From positions 15,119-79,118 of the forward strand of contig CALIBN010000024.1 of NCBI GenBank assembly GCA_938045545.1: a stretch of 64,000 bases of DNA, written 5' to 3'. Positions 37,801 to 47,431 of the stretch are shown here, piece by piece. Source of the stretch: an uncultured archaeon. Lineage in GTDB: Archaea; Thermoproteota; EX4484-205; JAAOZP01. Position 1 is the stretch's first letter. Each line of letters begins with the position of its first letter. The notes under the pieces were generated by a model, which saw only the letters and a list, made by a program, of their open reading frames with translations, was not told where the DNA came from and searched no databases. A program made the position numbers and the translations under genes.

Positions 37801-38619
37801 ATGGAGAGCGAGTATTCCGAATACGTTAAGGATGCTTTGAAAAAGTGTTTTGAAAAGATTAGGGGGATGGATGAGCATTCCCTTCATGAAAGAGTCGCGA
37901 TAAACCCTTTCGGAGACCAGACCTTCATGGTGGACAGGGTTGCTGAAGAAGTGGTTTTCGAAACAACAAGGTTTTTCTTTAAAGACGCTACGCTGGTTAG
38001 CGAGGAATCAGGGCTAGTGGAGATTGGAGGCGGAGGTCCCCCTTTAATAATCGTCGACCCTGTTGACGGGAGCGTCAACGCTTCCAGAGGATATCCCGGT
38101 TACAGCTGTTCAATAGGGGTTGCAGAAGGAGAGCGCTTGGACGACTTAGTATGCTCAGGCGTTGTCAATCTTTTAACCGGCGACCTTTACTTGGCTGAGA
38201 AGAATCGCGGAGCGTTCTTAAACGGGCGTAGAATAAGGGTTTCGAACGTGAAGAGGATCGAGGAGTCTCTGATATCTGTTGACTTGAACGTCCGGGGAAG
38301 ACTGCCTGGCTACGTTAGCAGGGTTTCAAGCATAATTGAGAAGGCTAGGCACGTTAGATCTCTGGGTTCTGACGCGCTTGAAATATGCTTAGTGGCCTCT
38401 GGGGCGGCCGACGCCTTCTTGGATCTAAGGGGTTTTCTGAGGAGCCTCGACTTCGCAGCAGCATTCTTAATAGTTAAGGAGGCTGGAGGAGTAGTGTTAA
38501 ACGGTGAGGCGGAGGACCTTAATGTTGAGCTGGTGCCTGTCTCGAAAAGCAGGGTTGTAGCAGCATGTTCAAGAAGCCTTGGCGAAGAAATAATTCGAGC
38601 CTTCAGAAGCAATACTTAG
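37801..38619 (+). CDS. inositol monophosphatase / FBPase (SuhB-like)
   Basis: SEESG, VDPVDGS and LDFAAAFLIVKEAGG motifs. Confidence 0.92.
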   Translation: MESEYSEYVKDALKKCFEKIRGMDEHSLHERVAINPFGDQTFMVDRVAEEVVFETTRFFFKDATLVSEESGLVEIGGGGPPLIIVDPVDGSVNASRGYPGYSCSIGVAEGERLDDLVCSGVVNLLTGDLYLAEKNRGAFLNGRRIRVSNVKRIEESLISVDLNVRGRLPGYVSRVSSIIEKARHVRSLGSDALEICLVASGAADAFLDLRGFLRSLDFAAAFLIVKEAGGVVLNGEAEDLNVELVPVSKSRVVAACSRSLGEEIIRAFRSNT

Positions 38620-38621
38620 GC

Positions 38622-38676
38622 CAGTCGGAATGGGGTTTCTCATCATTATTCAGAGATCACCTCCATTCCTCATCTG
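38622..38676 (-). ncRNA. C/D-box sRNA
   Basis: cag ATGAGGA atggaggtgatct CTGA ata ATGATGA gaaaccccatt CCGA ctg: C, D', C' and D boxes with 13- and 11-nt guides and a 3-bp terminal stem. Confidence 0.8.
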
Positions 38677-38696
38677 ATGATCCTGTAAATCGCTTA

Positions 38697-39236
38697 TTAA
38701 AAAGTTTTCCAGAGTGTTTCTTCAAAAACCCTGTATGTTTCATCATCATACAGGCAGAGTATGATTTCCCTAATCTTACCTCCTGAGGAAACGTATTCCT
38801 TGATCGTCTTCAGCATTACCTGCGCGCACCTATCCTTAGGGTAGCCAAATAAGCCAGTGGATACGGCTGGGAAAGCTATTGACCATAGACCAAGCTGCTC
38901 AGCCAGCTTCAAGCTGTTTAACGTGGCGCTCCTGAGCTTCTCATCCTCGTCGCCCTCTCCCATTCTCGGGCCCACCGTGTGGATGACGTACTTCGCCTCC
39001 AGAGAGCCTGCCGTGGTGTAGACCGCCTCCCCCACTTTCACCGGCCCCCTCTGCTCAACTATCCTGCTGCTCTCCTCCTGAATAATCTTTCCCCCTGCCC
39101 TGACTATTGCAGCCGCTACTCCACCCCCGTGTCTCAACCAGCTGTTGGCAGCGTTAACGATCGCGTCGACCTTGAGCTTAGTAATATCGCCTTTAACAAG
39201 CCTTACAACGTATTCTCCTATCTTCACGTAAGACAT
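38697..39236 (-). CDS. macrodomain protein (ADP-ribose binding / O-acetyl-ADP-ribose deacetylase)
   Basis: GDIT, DAIVNAAN, HGGGVA, HTVGP and AVSTGLFGYP motifs; start at MSYVK. Confidence 0.93.
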   Translation of the reverse strand: MSYVKIGEYVVRLVKGDITKLKVDAIVNAANSWLRHGGGVAAAIVRAGGKIIQEESSRIVEQRGPVKVGEAVYTTAGSLEAKYVIHTVGPRMGEGDEDEKLRSATLNSLKLAEQLGLWSIAFPAVSTGLFGYPKDRCAQVMLKTIKEYVSSGGKIREIILCLYDDETYRVFEETLWKTF

Positions 39237-39333
39237 TTTCAGCAATACCGTTACGCGGGGTGAAATAAGTTTTACAGTGGATTTAAGACGGGAGAACACA
39301 TTTAAATCCAGTTTTTAATAGCAGGCAGCCGTA

Positions 39334-40626
39334 ATGGCTCAGGCGCTTGACGATAAGGCTTCGGCAAAAAGGTATAGGAGGAACCTTCTAGTCCTTCTCA
39401 TAGACTGGATGACTTATGGTTCAGCGATGAACTTCGTCTCCATGGCTACTGTCCTGCCCGCCTTCATAATGAGCCTCACCGACTCTAAGATCGCTGTGGG
39501 ATTAGTTACGACGATATCGTTTTTGGGATGGAACTTTTTCCAACTGGTTTCCGCTGGAAGAATAGAAATGAGGAAGTTTAAGAAGCCTTTTCTACTGAGA
39601 ATAACTCCGGGTGAAAGAATACCGTGGCTCATAGTTGCTTTTTCAACAGTCCTGCTCGCCGAAAGAGATCCTTTACTCGCCCTCCTTATATTCTACGCGT
39701 CGTACATTACGGTGAACGTTTCTTCGGGCCTCTGCACCACCGCTTGGCTGGATATTGTTGCTAAGACGATTCCTGAGGAGAAGAGGGGCTTCTTCTTCGC
39801 GGCCGCAAACCTTGTCTCATCAGTTTTAGGGCTGGCGAGCGGCTTCGCGGTGGCTTTCTACATGAGTTTCTTCAAATACCCTGTAAACTTTTTCATGTGT
39901 TTCCTAACGGCGTTCATACTCGTCTCCCTATCTTGGGTTGACATCACGTTCATAGACGAGCCGCCGTCAAACGTGGTTGGGAAGCCCAGCACCTTCAGGG
40001 AATACGTCGGCAAGATTCCGAGGATCATTAAGAACGATAGAAACTATCTTCTTTACACGGTTTCCGGGATAGTGGGCTCCTTCGGGGGGATCGCCTCCTC
40101 CTTCTATACCGCGTACGCTATAGACAGGTTTAAAGCAGGAGGCTTCGAAATAGGATTGTTCACATCCGCCTCGGTTGGAACACAGATACTCGCAAACGTT
40201 CTGTGGGGCCTAATTCAGGAAAGACACGGCCATAAGACGGTGCTCGTAGCAGGAGGCGTAGCAGGGCTCCTGGCGACCATTATCGCCCTGCTCGCCACCT
40301 CGCCGAATCATTTCCTGCTGGTTTTTGCCTTTTCAGGAGCGTCTTTCAGCTCATTCATGGTTTCAGGCTTTCCGATGCTTATGGAGATGGCTCCGGAGGA
40401 GGATAGGCCGACTTACATAGGTTTAAACAGCGCTCTGAGAGCGCCTTCGCAAGCCGTCGCCCCTATTGTTGGAGGACTGGTTATTGAAGAATACGGTTAC
40501 CCACCGGCCTTCTTAGCCTCAGCGTTATTCTCAACCGCCAGCACGGTTATCTTGGCACGGGTCAGGCAGAAGCCCCGTGGCCCAGCTGGGTCCTCCATCC
40601 TAGGAAAGCTTTTAAAGCGTTTTTAA
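39334..40626 (+). CDS. MFS transporter
   Basis: About 12 TM; PEEKRG and APEEDRPTY motifs. Confidence 0.88.
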   Translation: MAQALDDKASAKRYRRNLLVLLIDWMTYGSAMNFVSMATVLPAFIMSLTDSKIAVGLVTTISFLGWNFFQLVSAGRIEMRKFKKPFLLRITPGERIPWLIVAFSTVLLAERDPLLALLIFYASYITVNVSSGLCTTAWLDIVAKTIPEEKRGFFFAAANLVSSVLGLASGFAVAFYMSFFKYPVNFFMCFLTAFILVSLSWVDITFIDEPPSNVVGKPSTFREYVGKIPRIIKNDRNYLLYTVSGIVGSFGGIASSFYTAYAIDRFKAGGFEIGLFTSASVGTQILANVLWGLIQERHGHKTVLVAGGVAGLLATIIALLATSPNHFLLVFAFSGASFSSFMVSGFPMLMEMAPEEDRPTYIGLNSALRAPSQAVAPIVGGLVIEEYGYPPAFLASALFSTASTVILARVRQKPRGPAGSSILGKLLKRF

Positions 40627-40638
40627 GCTTGTTCCGCC

Positions 40639-41847
40639 ATGCCTGCCCCCTCCTGGAGGATTATCGGCAGAGACGTTTATTGGCTGAGCATGCCTGATTA
40701 CAGTACAAAGTTTTTCGAGAACATTTGGCCAATACCCGGTGGAGTAAACTACAACGCTTACCTTGTCGCTGACGGCAGCGAGTGTCTTCTGATAGATTCT
40801 TCTAAAAACGTTTATACTGCTGAAGAATTTATAGGTCTTCTCAAACAGGTTACTGAGCCGAGCCGCATAAGGCATATCGCCGTGCTCCACACGGAGCCTG
40901 ATCACAGCAACCTTATAAGAGAGGTTTCAAACAGGGTTGGAAACCCCGTGTTATACTCGACCCTAAAGGCCTCCGCCTTCATGAGAAGCATGTTTAACGT
41001 TGAGACGAGGGTTGTGAAGGACGGGGACACTATAATAGTCGGTGGAAGAAGGCTTAGGGTTATCGAGCTTCCCTGGATACACTGGCCTGACACTATGCTC
41101 CTCTACCTTGAGGACGAGGGAATACTGTTCAGCTCCGACGCCTTCGGCGCCTTCGGCGCTTTGGAGAAGCCTGTTTTCGACGACGAAACAGACTTCGAAC
41201 AATACATGCGTAACTCCAAAGAGTATTTTGCAACAGTCGTCGCGGCTTACAGACAGATGGTTCTTAGAGCCTTGGACAAGGTTGGTAAACTCGGTTTAAG
41301 ACTGAGGATTATTGCTCCCGCGCACGGGATTGTTTTAAGAAGCAGGATTCCTGAGGTTACTGAAGCTTTAACCTCCTGGTGCAGGTTAAAGAGCAAGAGG
41401 AAGATAACGGTGATATACGGGTCCATGTACGGTTTTACGGAACGGCTTGCGAGACACGCGTGCAGCATCCTTAAGAACAGGGTTGAAGAGGTTGCTCTTC
41501 ATAGTTCCATGGAAAGCGGTGTGAACAGTGTTTTAAGCGACATTGTCGATTCAGCGGGCGTTCTCCTCATAACCCCCACCTACGAGGGAAACGTGTTCCC
41601 GCCTTTAAGCAACATTGTCGAGCTTCTCAGGATTAAGAAAATGGGCGTTGGAAAGTTTGCGGCAGTAACTGTGACGAAGCTTTGGGGAGGGACAGCGGCA
41701 AGCCAGCTTTCGGCGAGATTAAGCGAGGCTGGCTTCGAGGTCTCGCATGTCTGCGAATACGTTAACTATCCGTGTGAAAGAGACTTGACGGAGTACGAGA
41801 AAATTCTCCAAGGCTTCCTTCAAAAGATCTTAGAAAAAGCCGAATAA
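40639..41847 (+). CDS. FprA-type flavodiiron protein
   Basis: HTEPDH, HWPD, FSSDAFG, APAHG and YGSMYG motifs. Confidence 0.92.
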   Translation: MPAPSWRIIGRDVYWLSMPDYSTKFFENIWPIPGGVNYNAYLVADGSECLLIDSSKNVYTAEEFIGLLKQVTEPSRIRHIAVLHTEPDHSNLIREVSNRVGNPVLYSTLKASAFMRSMFNVETRVVKDGDTIIVGGRRLRVIELPWIHWPDTMLLYLEDEGILFSSDAFGAFGALEKPVFDDETDFEQYMRNSKEYFATVVAAYRQMVLRALDKVGKLGLRLRIIAPAHGIVLRSRIPEVTEALTSWCRLKSKRKITVIYGSMYGFTERLARHACSILKNRVEEVALHSSMESGVNSVLSDIVDSAGVLLITPTYEGNVFPPLSNIVELLRIKKMGVGKFAAVTVTKLWGGTAASQLSARLSEAGFEVSHVCEYVNYPCERDLTEYEKILQGFLQKILEKAE

Positions 41848-41893
41848 GGATGGTTAGCAAACTTTTATAACTCTGTGCTCGTATAAGTCAACT

Positions 41894-42355
41894 ATGTCTT
41901 CAACGGAGCAGGCCTTGGACGATCTAGATCTTAAGATACTTAGACAGCTTATGTCTGACTCCAGAATGTCCTACAGGAAAATAGCTAAAGAGCTCGGGGT
42001 CGCTCCTGGGACAGTTCTAGCTCGAATCCGAAGAATGGAGGAAAACAAGGTTTTGAAAAAGTATACTTTAAGCGTTGACTACGAGAAGCTCGGGTTCTCG
42101 GTTACCAGTGTGACTGAGATAAGGGTTTCAAAGGGTAAGCTTGTAGAGGTGGAGAAGAAGCTGGCTGAGCTTCCGGGTGTGTGCGCTGTCTACGATGTCA
42201 CCGGGGATGTTGACGCTATAGTGATAAGCAAGTTTAGGAACCCTGCTGAGTTAAGCAGGTTTACGAAGAGGGTTCTATCCATGCCGAACGTTGAGAGAAC
42301 TAATACCCACTTCGTCTTAACTGTGGTTAAAGAGGATTTCAACATTTCCATTTAG
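41894..42355 (+). CDS. Lrp/AsnC transcriptional regulator
   Basis: LDDLDLKIL...SYRKIAKELG and YDVTGDVD motifs. Confidence 0.93.
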   Translation: MSSTEQALDDLDLKILRQLMSDSRMSYRKIAKELGVAPGTVLARIRRMEENKVLKKYTLSVDYEKLGFSVTSVTEIRVSKGKLVEVEKKLAELPGVCAVYDVTGDVDAIVISKFRNPAELSRFTKRVLSMPNVERTNTHFVLTVVKEDFNISI

Positions 42356-42434
42356 GGATTTATTCGGGTAAAAGAGTGTTAAGCTTGCCCTTTTAAGAAG
42401 AGGTTAGACAAATGTCGTTAAAATTTTATCTCCA

Positions 42435-43181
42435 GTGAAAAACAGTTTTATAGCCTCTAAAAACAAGTCAGTTAGATTGCTTGAAACCCTGCTGATAGAG
42501 GGACTTTACGCCGGCGTATTCTTCATATGGGTGTTGTTCGTCGTCGGGGTTTTAACCTACGTGTGCTACAAGATACTGGTTAAGAAGGTTCCTGAAGGGG
42601 TGGCAGTCTACTACAACAGGAAGATAATCCATATTCTCGCAGGCGGTTTAATAGGCTACCTTGTACCCTTTACTTTCAGCACACCCTTCTACCCGTTGGT
42701 CCTCTCAATGGTCCTAGGGGTTTTCACCCTCATCCCTCATCTTCTTAAAAAGCCTATGTACTGGTTTCAGACAAGCGACAATGCTTACGAGGTTCACTTC
42801 TGCCTGAGCTGGGGGCTGATACTGACCGCGGGCTGGCTCTTCACCGGTGGGTTCGCTGGTGGAAACTTCTGGTTTGGAGTAATACCAATAATGTTCATGG
42901 CGCTCGGGGATGCTGTAACCGGGCTTGTAAGGAACGCGATGTTCAAGAGGCGCACAAAGTCGTGGTGGGGAAACCTGGCTATGGCCATCGTTAATGTCAT
43001 AACAGGGTTGAAGCTTGCGCTCCCGGGCGTCGTCGCCGGGCTGTTCAGCAGCGTAATCGAGCATTTCGAATTCGGCCCTATAGATGATAACATAACTGTC
43101 CCAATCTCCGCCTTTCTAATCCTGATGCTGTTCTACTTTTTTATGCCTGAAGCATTCTCGATTCTTAATGTTTTAGCCTGA
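42435..43181 (+). CDS. dolichol/phytol kinase-like membrane protein
   Basis: RKIIH, MALGDAVTG, TKSWWGN and DDNITVP motifs. Confidence 0.85.
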   Translation: MKNSFIASKNKSVRLLETLLIEGLYAGVFFIWVLFVVGVLTYVCYKILVKKVPEGVAVYYNRKIIHILAGGLIGYLVPFTFSTPFYPLVLSMVLGVFTLIPHLLKKPMYWFQTSDNAYEVHFCLSWGLILTAGWLFTGGFAGGNFWFGVIPIMFMALGDAVTGLVRNAMFKRRTKSWWGNLAMAIVNVITGLKLALPGVVAGLFSSVIEHFEFGPIDDNITVPISAFLILMLFYFFMPEAFSILNVLA

Positions 43182-43239
43182 GACCTGGTTACTCTTAACG
43201 GATAAAACCTTTATTAGTCTCGAGAAATCTGCGGGCAGT

Positions 43240-44079
43240 ATGGAGTCTCACGAGGAGGCTTATGAGAAAGCCCGTGGGAAAATTGATTACGTTGAAATCG
43301 GCAGAGAGGTCGGCAAGGGGGTTGTCCTAAACAGGTTTAAAATAATCGGGTACGACGAGGATATTCCAGGCTTGGCTGTGCATCATCCTGCAGGCCCCTC
43401 TGGCAAACTATTGCTGTTTCTACACGGCTTAGGGGGAAGTAAGGAGGATGCTCTATACTTCAGAGCATTCGTGGAAAACATGGGTTTCTCAATAATGGCG
43501 GTTGACGCTAGGGGACACGGGGAGAGGAAGCTGAGCCTTGAAAACATCAAGCCGGAGCTGATAATCGAATACTTAGGTAAAACAATAGTTGACAACAGGC
43601 TTGCGATAGATATTGCTTTCAGAAACCGTTGGGTTGAAGAGGGGAAGCTCATTCTCGCGGGGGCAAGCATGGGGGGAATACTGGGAGGCGTATTGGCGGG
43701 GGTGGACAAGAGGATTAGCGGTGCTGTGCTCTATGTTCCAGGCGGGGATCTTGTTGAAATAATGTCTGAGAGCAACGTGCCGATGCTGGTTGAACTAAGG
43801 AGCAAAGTGCCTCGCGAACTTCTCTCTCTCGTTAAACCGGTGCTTGAACCAGTAGACCCGATAAACTATATCGACAAGGTGTCTCCACGGCCTCTTCTGA
43901 TTCAGCTGGGCAAGCATGATGACATTGTTCCCTTTAAAAACGGCATGAAGCTTTTCGAGAAGGCTAAGGAGCCGAAGCAGCTTGTCGTGCATGACTCGGG
44001 GCACGCATTGCCGGTGGATAAGGCTGTTGACGAGACAGTCAACTGGCTAAGGAAAAATTTCCCACAGCTAATGGTTTAA
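43240..44079 (+). CDS. alpha/beta hydrolase
   Basis: HGLGG, GASMGG, DDIVP and GH motifs. Confidence 0.9.
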   Translation: MESHEEAYEKARGKIDYVEIGREVGKGVVLNRFKIIGYDEDIPGLAVHHPAGPSGKLLLFLHGLGGSKEDALYFRAFVENMGFSIMAVDARGHGERKLSLENIKPELIIEYLGKTIVDNRLAIDIAFRNRWVEEGKLILAGASMGGILGGVLAGVDKRISGAVLYVPGGDLVEIMSESNVPMLVELRSKVPRELLSLVKPVLEPVDPINYIDKVSPRPLLIQLGKHDDIVPFKNGMKLFEKAKEPKQLVVHDSGHALPVDKAVDETVNWLRKNFPQLMV

Positions 44080-44295
44080 AGAACGCAATACCAGCGTGCT
44101 TGACATTCTCGTATAAGTGAAGCGTATCTTAGAGATAGATCCTCAGTATCCTTATTCATTTTCATAGACAAATATTCCAAGATTTTCTTTGCGTTACCAG
44201 GCATGCTGTGCCGACCCTCATCTCTGTGACGCATGTTGGGAGATGAGGATTCGCGTTTATGCCTTCAACCCCGTAGCGCGCGCCAGCACTCCCGT

Positions 44296-45231
44296 TTAGA
44301 GTAAATCTTCTTTCCTCATACGGGCCATCTCTACTAGCGAGATGATTACTGAAACCATGATTAGTATTGCGCCGGCCGATTCGGTTGTCCCAAGCCTCTC
44401 CCCTAAGATCAGGAAGGAGAATAATGCTGCTGAAACTGGTTCAAGAGCGTAGATTAGAACGGCCTGGGAGGCAGAAGTGTGTTTCTGTCCCAATACTTGT
44501 AATACTCCGACAAGTATTGAGCATACGGCTGCCAGGTAGAGAAGAGGCGGGATGACTTCGATTAAACTTTCAAAGCCTGATGAGGTGGGGAAAAACGCTG
44601 AACCGGCGATGGCTGTCACAGCATACTGGTAGAAGACTAAATCCAGTGAAAAGTATTTTTTGGAAAAACTGTCGACAGCTAAGACTTGAAGCGCCCAGAA
44701 GAAGGCGCCTGCTAAAACCATCAGGTCCCCGATCCTCGACTCATAGGTTCCACCTGATATCAAGTACATCCCAATTACTGACAGGATTAGTGCTAGCGTA
44801 AATTTATGATTATAGTTGAACCTTCTCCGTAACACGTCGACAGCGTAAACTATCGGTATGTAGAGGCTGGTGATGAAGCCTGAGTTGGATGCAGAAGTAT
44901 ATCCTGTTCCAAGCCCTTGGAGGAAAATCCCTCCGAAGTATAGCAGCCCTAAAACTGCTCCTGGCCCCGCTGCCTCGCGCATCTTACTCCTGTTCTTGAA
45001 AAGGCTGTGGAAAAAGTACGGCAGTAGGAGAATAACTGACAGTGTGAACCTTAGGGCAACGTATTCCCCCGCGTTTATTCTGGAGACGACTATTTTAATC
45101 AGGGGGAAAGATGTCCCCCAGAGGATTGAGACAGTAACCAGTAGCAAGGGCCCCAGGATCTTTGCGTAAGATTTCAACATATGCGGGGAGTTAAACATGG
45201 TGCTTAATAACTTGTGCCCTTTGGAGTACAC
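44296..45231 (-). CDS. DMT/EamA family transporter
   Basis: WGTSFP, TSASNSGFI and LEPVSA motifs; 10 TM. Confidence 0.9.
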   Translation of the reverse strand: MYSKGHKLLSTMFNSPHMLKSYAKILGPLLLVTVSILWGTSFPLIKIVVSRINAGEYVALRFTLSVILLLPYFFHSLFKNRSKMREAAGPGAVLGLLYFGGIFLQGLGTGYTSASNSGFITSLYIPIVYAVDVLRRRFNYNHKFTLALILSVIGMYLISGGTYESRIGDLMVLAGAFFWALQVLAVDSFSKKYFSLDLVFYQYAVTAIAGSAFFPTSSGFESLIEVIPPLLYLAAVCSILVGVLQVLGQKHTSASQAVLIYALEPVSAALFSFLILGERLGTTESAGAILIMVSVIISLVEMARMRKEDLL

Positions 45232-45251
45232 TGGTTAAGTGAGGCGGGTTT

Positions 45252-46250
45252 TCACTGGGAAAGCATTTCCATCGAGACACGGATTGGCGGCCACTGGGCA
45301 AGGCTCCCAGGCTTAACGGCACCCCAGGTGGTGCAAAGGTAGCCGAGCATACGCTCATTACTCATGAATCTCCGCGAGAACCCTATGAACGCCTTAGTTG
45401 CTTCAACATCCTTCCAGCCGCTCGGCAGGACGCGGAAGCCTTTCTCAAGGAAAAACGGGATTGAAGGATAGTCTTCGCGCAGAGTATAGTGCCAGTCGCA
45501 TATCACTATGTCCCTGGGAATCATGTCGACCGCTGGGTGAGTCTGGTTCTCGGAGGACTCCCACATTCCGTAGCCGGTGGTTTTACTGTCCAGCAGCCGG
45601 TCGCCCCACATCAGCATCTCAACCCCCCGCTTCTTCAAATGCTCATAGTAATCGTTAGCAGCCTTTGCGAAAAGCCTGCTTGGACTCTGGTTCCGGCAGC
45701 GCGGGCAATGCTCCGAGGCGATTAGAAAGACCTCATCCATCCCAACGTGCAGCGCGTCTGCTTCAAACACGTCTATAAGCTCGTCGAAAAGGCTGAAAAC
45801 AATCCTGTTAACATCAGGATGCTGGGGGCACCAGCTCCGGCAATATATGCCCTCGTTATTCGGAAACTGGCCAGGAGTCTCGTCGAACTCAGGGTACTTG
45901 GTTAAAAGCGGGAAGGTCGTTTTACCCCACGACTGGTGCCCAAGGCACTGGAACTGTGGGATCAAACGGATGTCGTGGGAGCGGCACTCTTCGACCAGAG
46001 CACGCGCATGATCAAAAGTTATTGGATCCGGGCCTTGTAGCTCGGGGTGTGAGGAATAAGCGTAGCCATAGTCCACTTCAACTATGAGAACGTTTACACC
46101 GATATTTGTTAGCTCAGGCACCTCTTTAACTAAAGCATCAATATCATCATTGCTGTTGGATATTAGGTGAATACCGCGCCACAGCCTACGCTCCATGTTT
46201 TTTCTATAGAGATCTGGGTTAAAAATATTTCTATGTTGCCTACCTCCCAC
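45252..46250 (-). CDS. glycoside hydrolase family 20-like protein
   Basis: IPQFQCLGH, HVGMDEV, MWGD and DWHY motifs. Confidence 0.8.
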   Translation of the reverse strand: MGGRQHRNIFNPDLYRKNMERRLWRGIHLISNSNDDIDALVKEVPELTNIGVNVLIVEVDYGYAYSSHPELQGPDPITFDHARALVEECRSHDIRLIPQFQCLGHQSWGKTTFPLLTKYPEFDETPGQFPNNEGIYCRSWCPQHPDVNRIVFSLFDELIDVFEADALHVGMDEVFLIASEHCPRCRNQSPSRLFAKAANDYYEHLKKRGVEMLMWGDRLLDSKTTGYGMWESSENQTHPAVDMIPRDIVICDWHYTLREDYPSIPFFLEKGFRVLPSGWKDVEATKAFIGFSRRFMSNERMLGYLCTTWGAVKPGSLAQWPPIRVSMEMLSQ

Positions 46251-46438
46251 TCAGCATTACGATGTTTGTTGCTCCTCCAATCTCATACTTAACAAAGCCC
46301 GTAGTCAGTTTATATTCCTCTTAATTTCAAAATGTTTAAGCCTCGTTCTTCTGGGAACAGAATCTGCCGTTGGGCATGCAATGGTCCCTATGGGCTTGAA
46401 CCGTTAAAAGATAAATAAGGCTTAAGATATGCTGGAGC

Positions 46439-47410
46439 ATGCCTAGCCCTAGGGTTATCGGCATCGGGGAGGTCCTGATAGATTTCGTAGGGGTTGAACA
46501 CACTTCCCTCGACAAGGCCACAACCTTTAAAAAATGCTTTGGAGGCGCTCCCATGAACACTGTAGTGGGGGTTGCGAGGCTTGGGGTTGCTGCGGGAGCA
46601 ATAGCCGCGGTTGGCGACGACTTCTTCGGAAGATTTATCCTTGGCGAGTTTAAAAGGAATAATGTTGACGCGTCGCGCGTCAAGGTTAAGAAGGGAGTTA
46701 GGACTACGCTCGCATTCATAGTGAACGATCCCGTTAAAGGATGGGTTTGCATCTTCTACCGGAGCCCATGGTTGAAGCATACTTCAGACACCCTGCTTTC
46801 CCCCATGGATATTGATTACGACTACATATCTAAGGCAAGGATTCTACACGTATCGGGGTTCGCGCTTTCGCAAAACCCTGCTAGGCAGGCAGTAATCAAG
46901 GCGGTGAAGCATGCTAAGGATTCCGGCGTCGAAGTTTCTTTCGACCCCACTCTGAGGCTCGACGTTTGGCGTTCGGTGACTATCCTCAGGAAAACATATG
47001 TTCAGATGCTTAGGTCCGCGGACATCGCGACTTTCTCGAGGGAGGAGGCCAGGTTCATCTTCGGAACCAGTAATCCGAAAAAGGTTGCTGAAAAAGCGTT
47101 GAAGTATGGGATTAGAATAGTGGGTGTTAAACTCGGCGCTCACGGCTCCTTCCTGAAGGCTAGAGGCGGGCCCGAGAAATACGTGCCTGCTTTCAAGGTT
47201 AAGGCTGTGGACGCCACTGGAGCCGGCGACGGCTGGAACGCGGGCCTGCTAGTGGGCCTGTGCAAGGGTTTAGACGTTGAGCAGTGCGCTAAGGTTGCGA
47301 ACGCTGTTGGAGCCCTGGTTGTCACGAAACCCGGTGCAATAACAGCCCTTCCTTCGAGAGACGAGTTAAACAGGTTCCTGAAGGCGAACAATGTTAAGAT
47401 AAGTATTTAG
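46439..47410 (+). CDS. PfkB-family sugar kinase
   Basis: GGAPMN, VGDDFFG and DATGAGD motifs. Confidence 0.93.
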   Translation: MPSPRVIGIGEVLIDFVGVEHTSLDKATTFKKCFGGAPMNTVVGVARLGVAAGAIAAVGDDFFGRFILGEFKRNNVDASRVKVKKGVRTTLAFIVNDPVKGWVCIFYRSPWLKHTSDTLLSPMDIDYDYISKARILHVSGFALSQNPARQAVIKAVKHAKDSGVEVSFDPTLRLDVWRSVTILRKTYVQMLRSADIATFSREEARFIFGTSNPKKVAEKALKYGIRIVGVKLGAHGSFLKARGGPEKYVPAFKVKAVDATGAGDGWNAGLLVGLCKGLDVEQCAKVANAVGALVVTKPGAITALPSRDELNRFLKANNVKISI

Positions 47411-47431
47411 TTTTAAAAGGATACGACTGTT

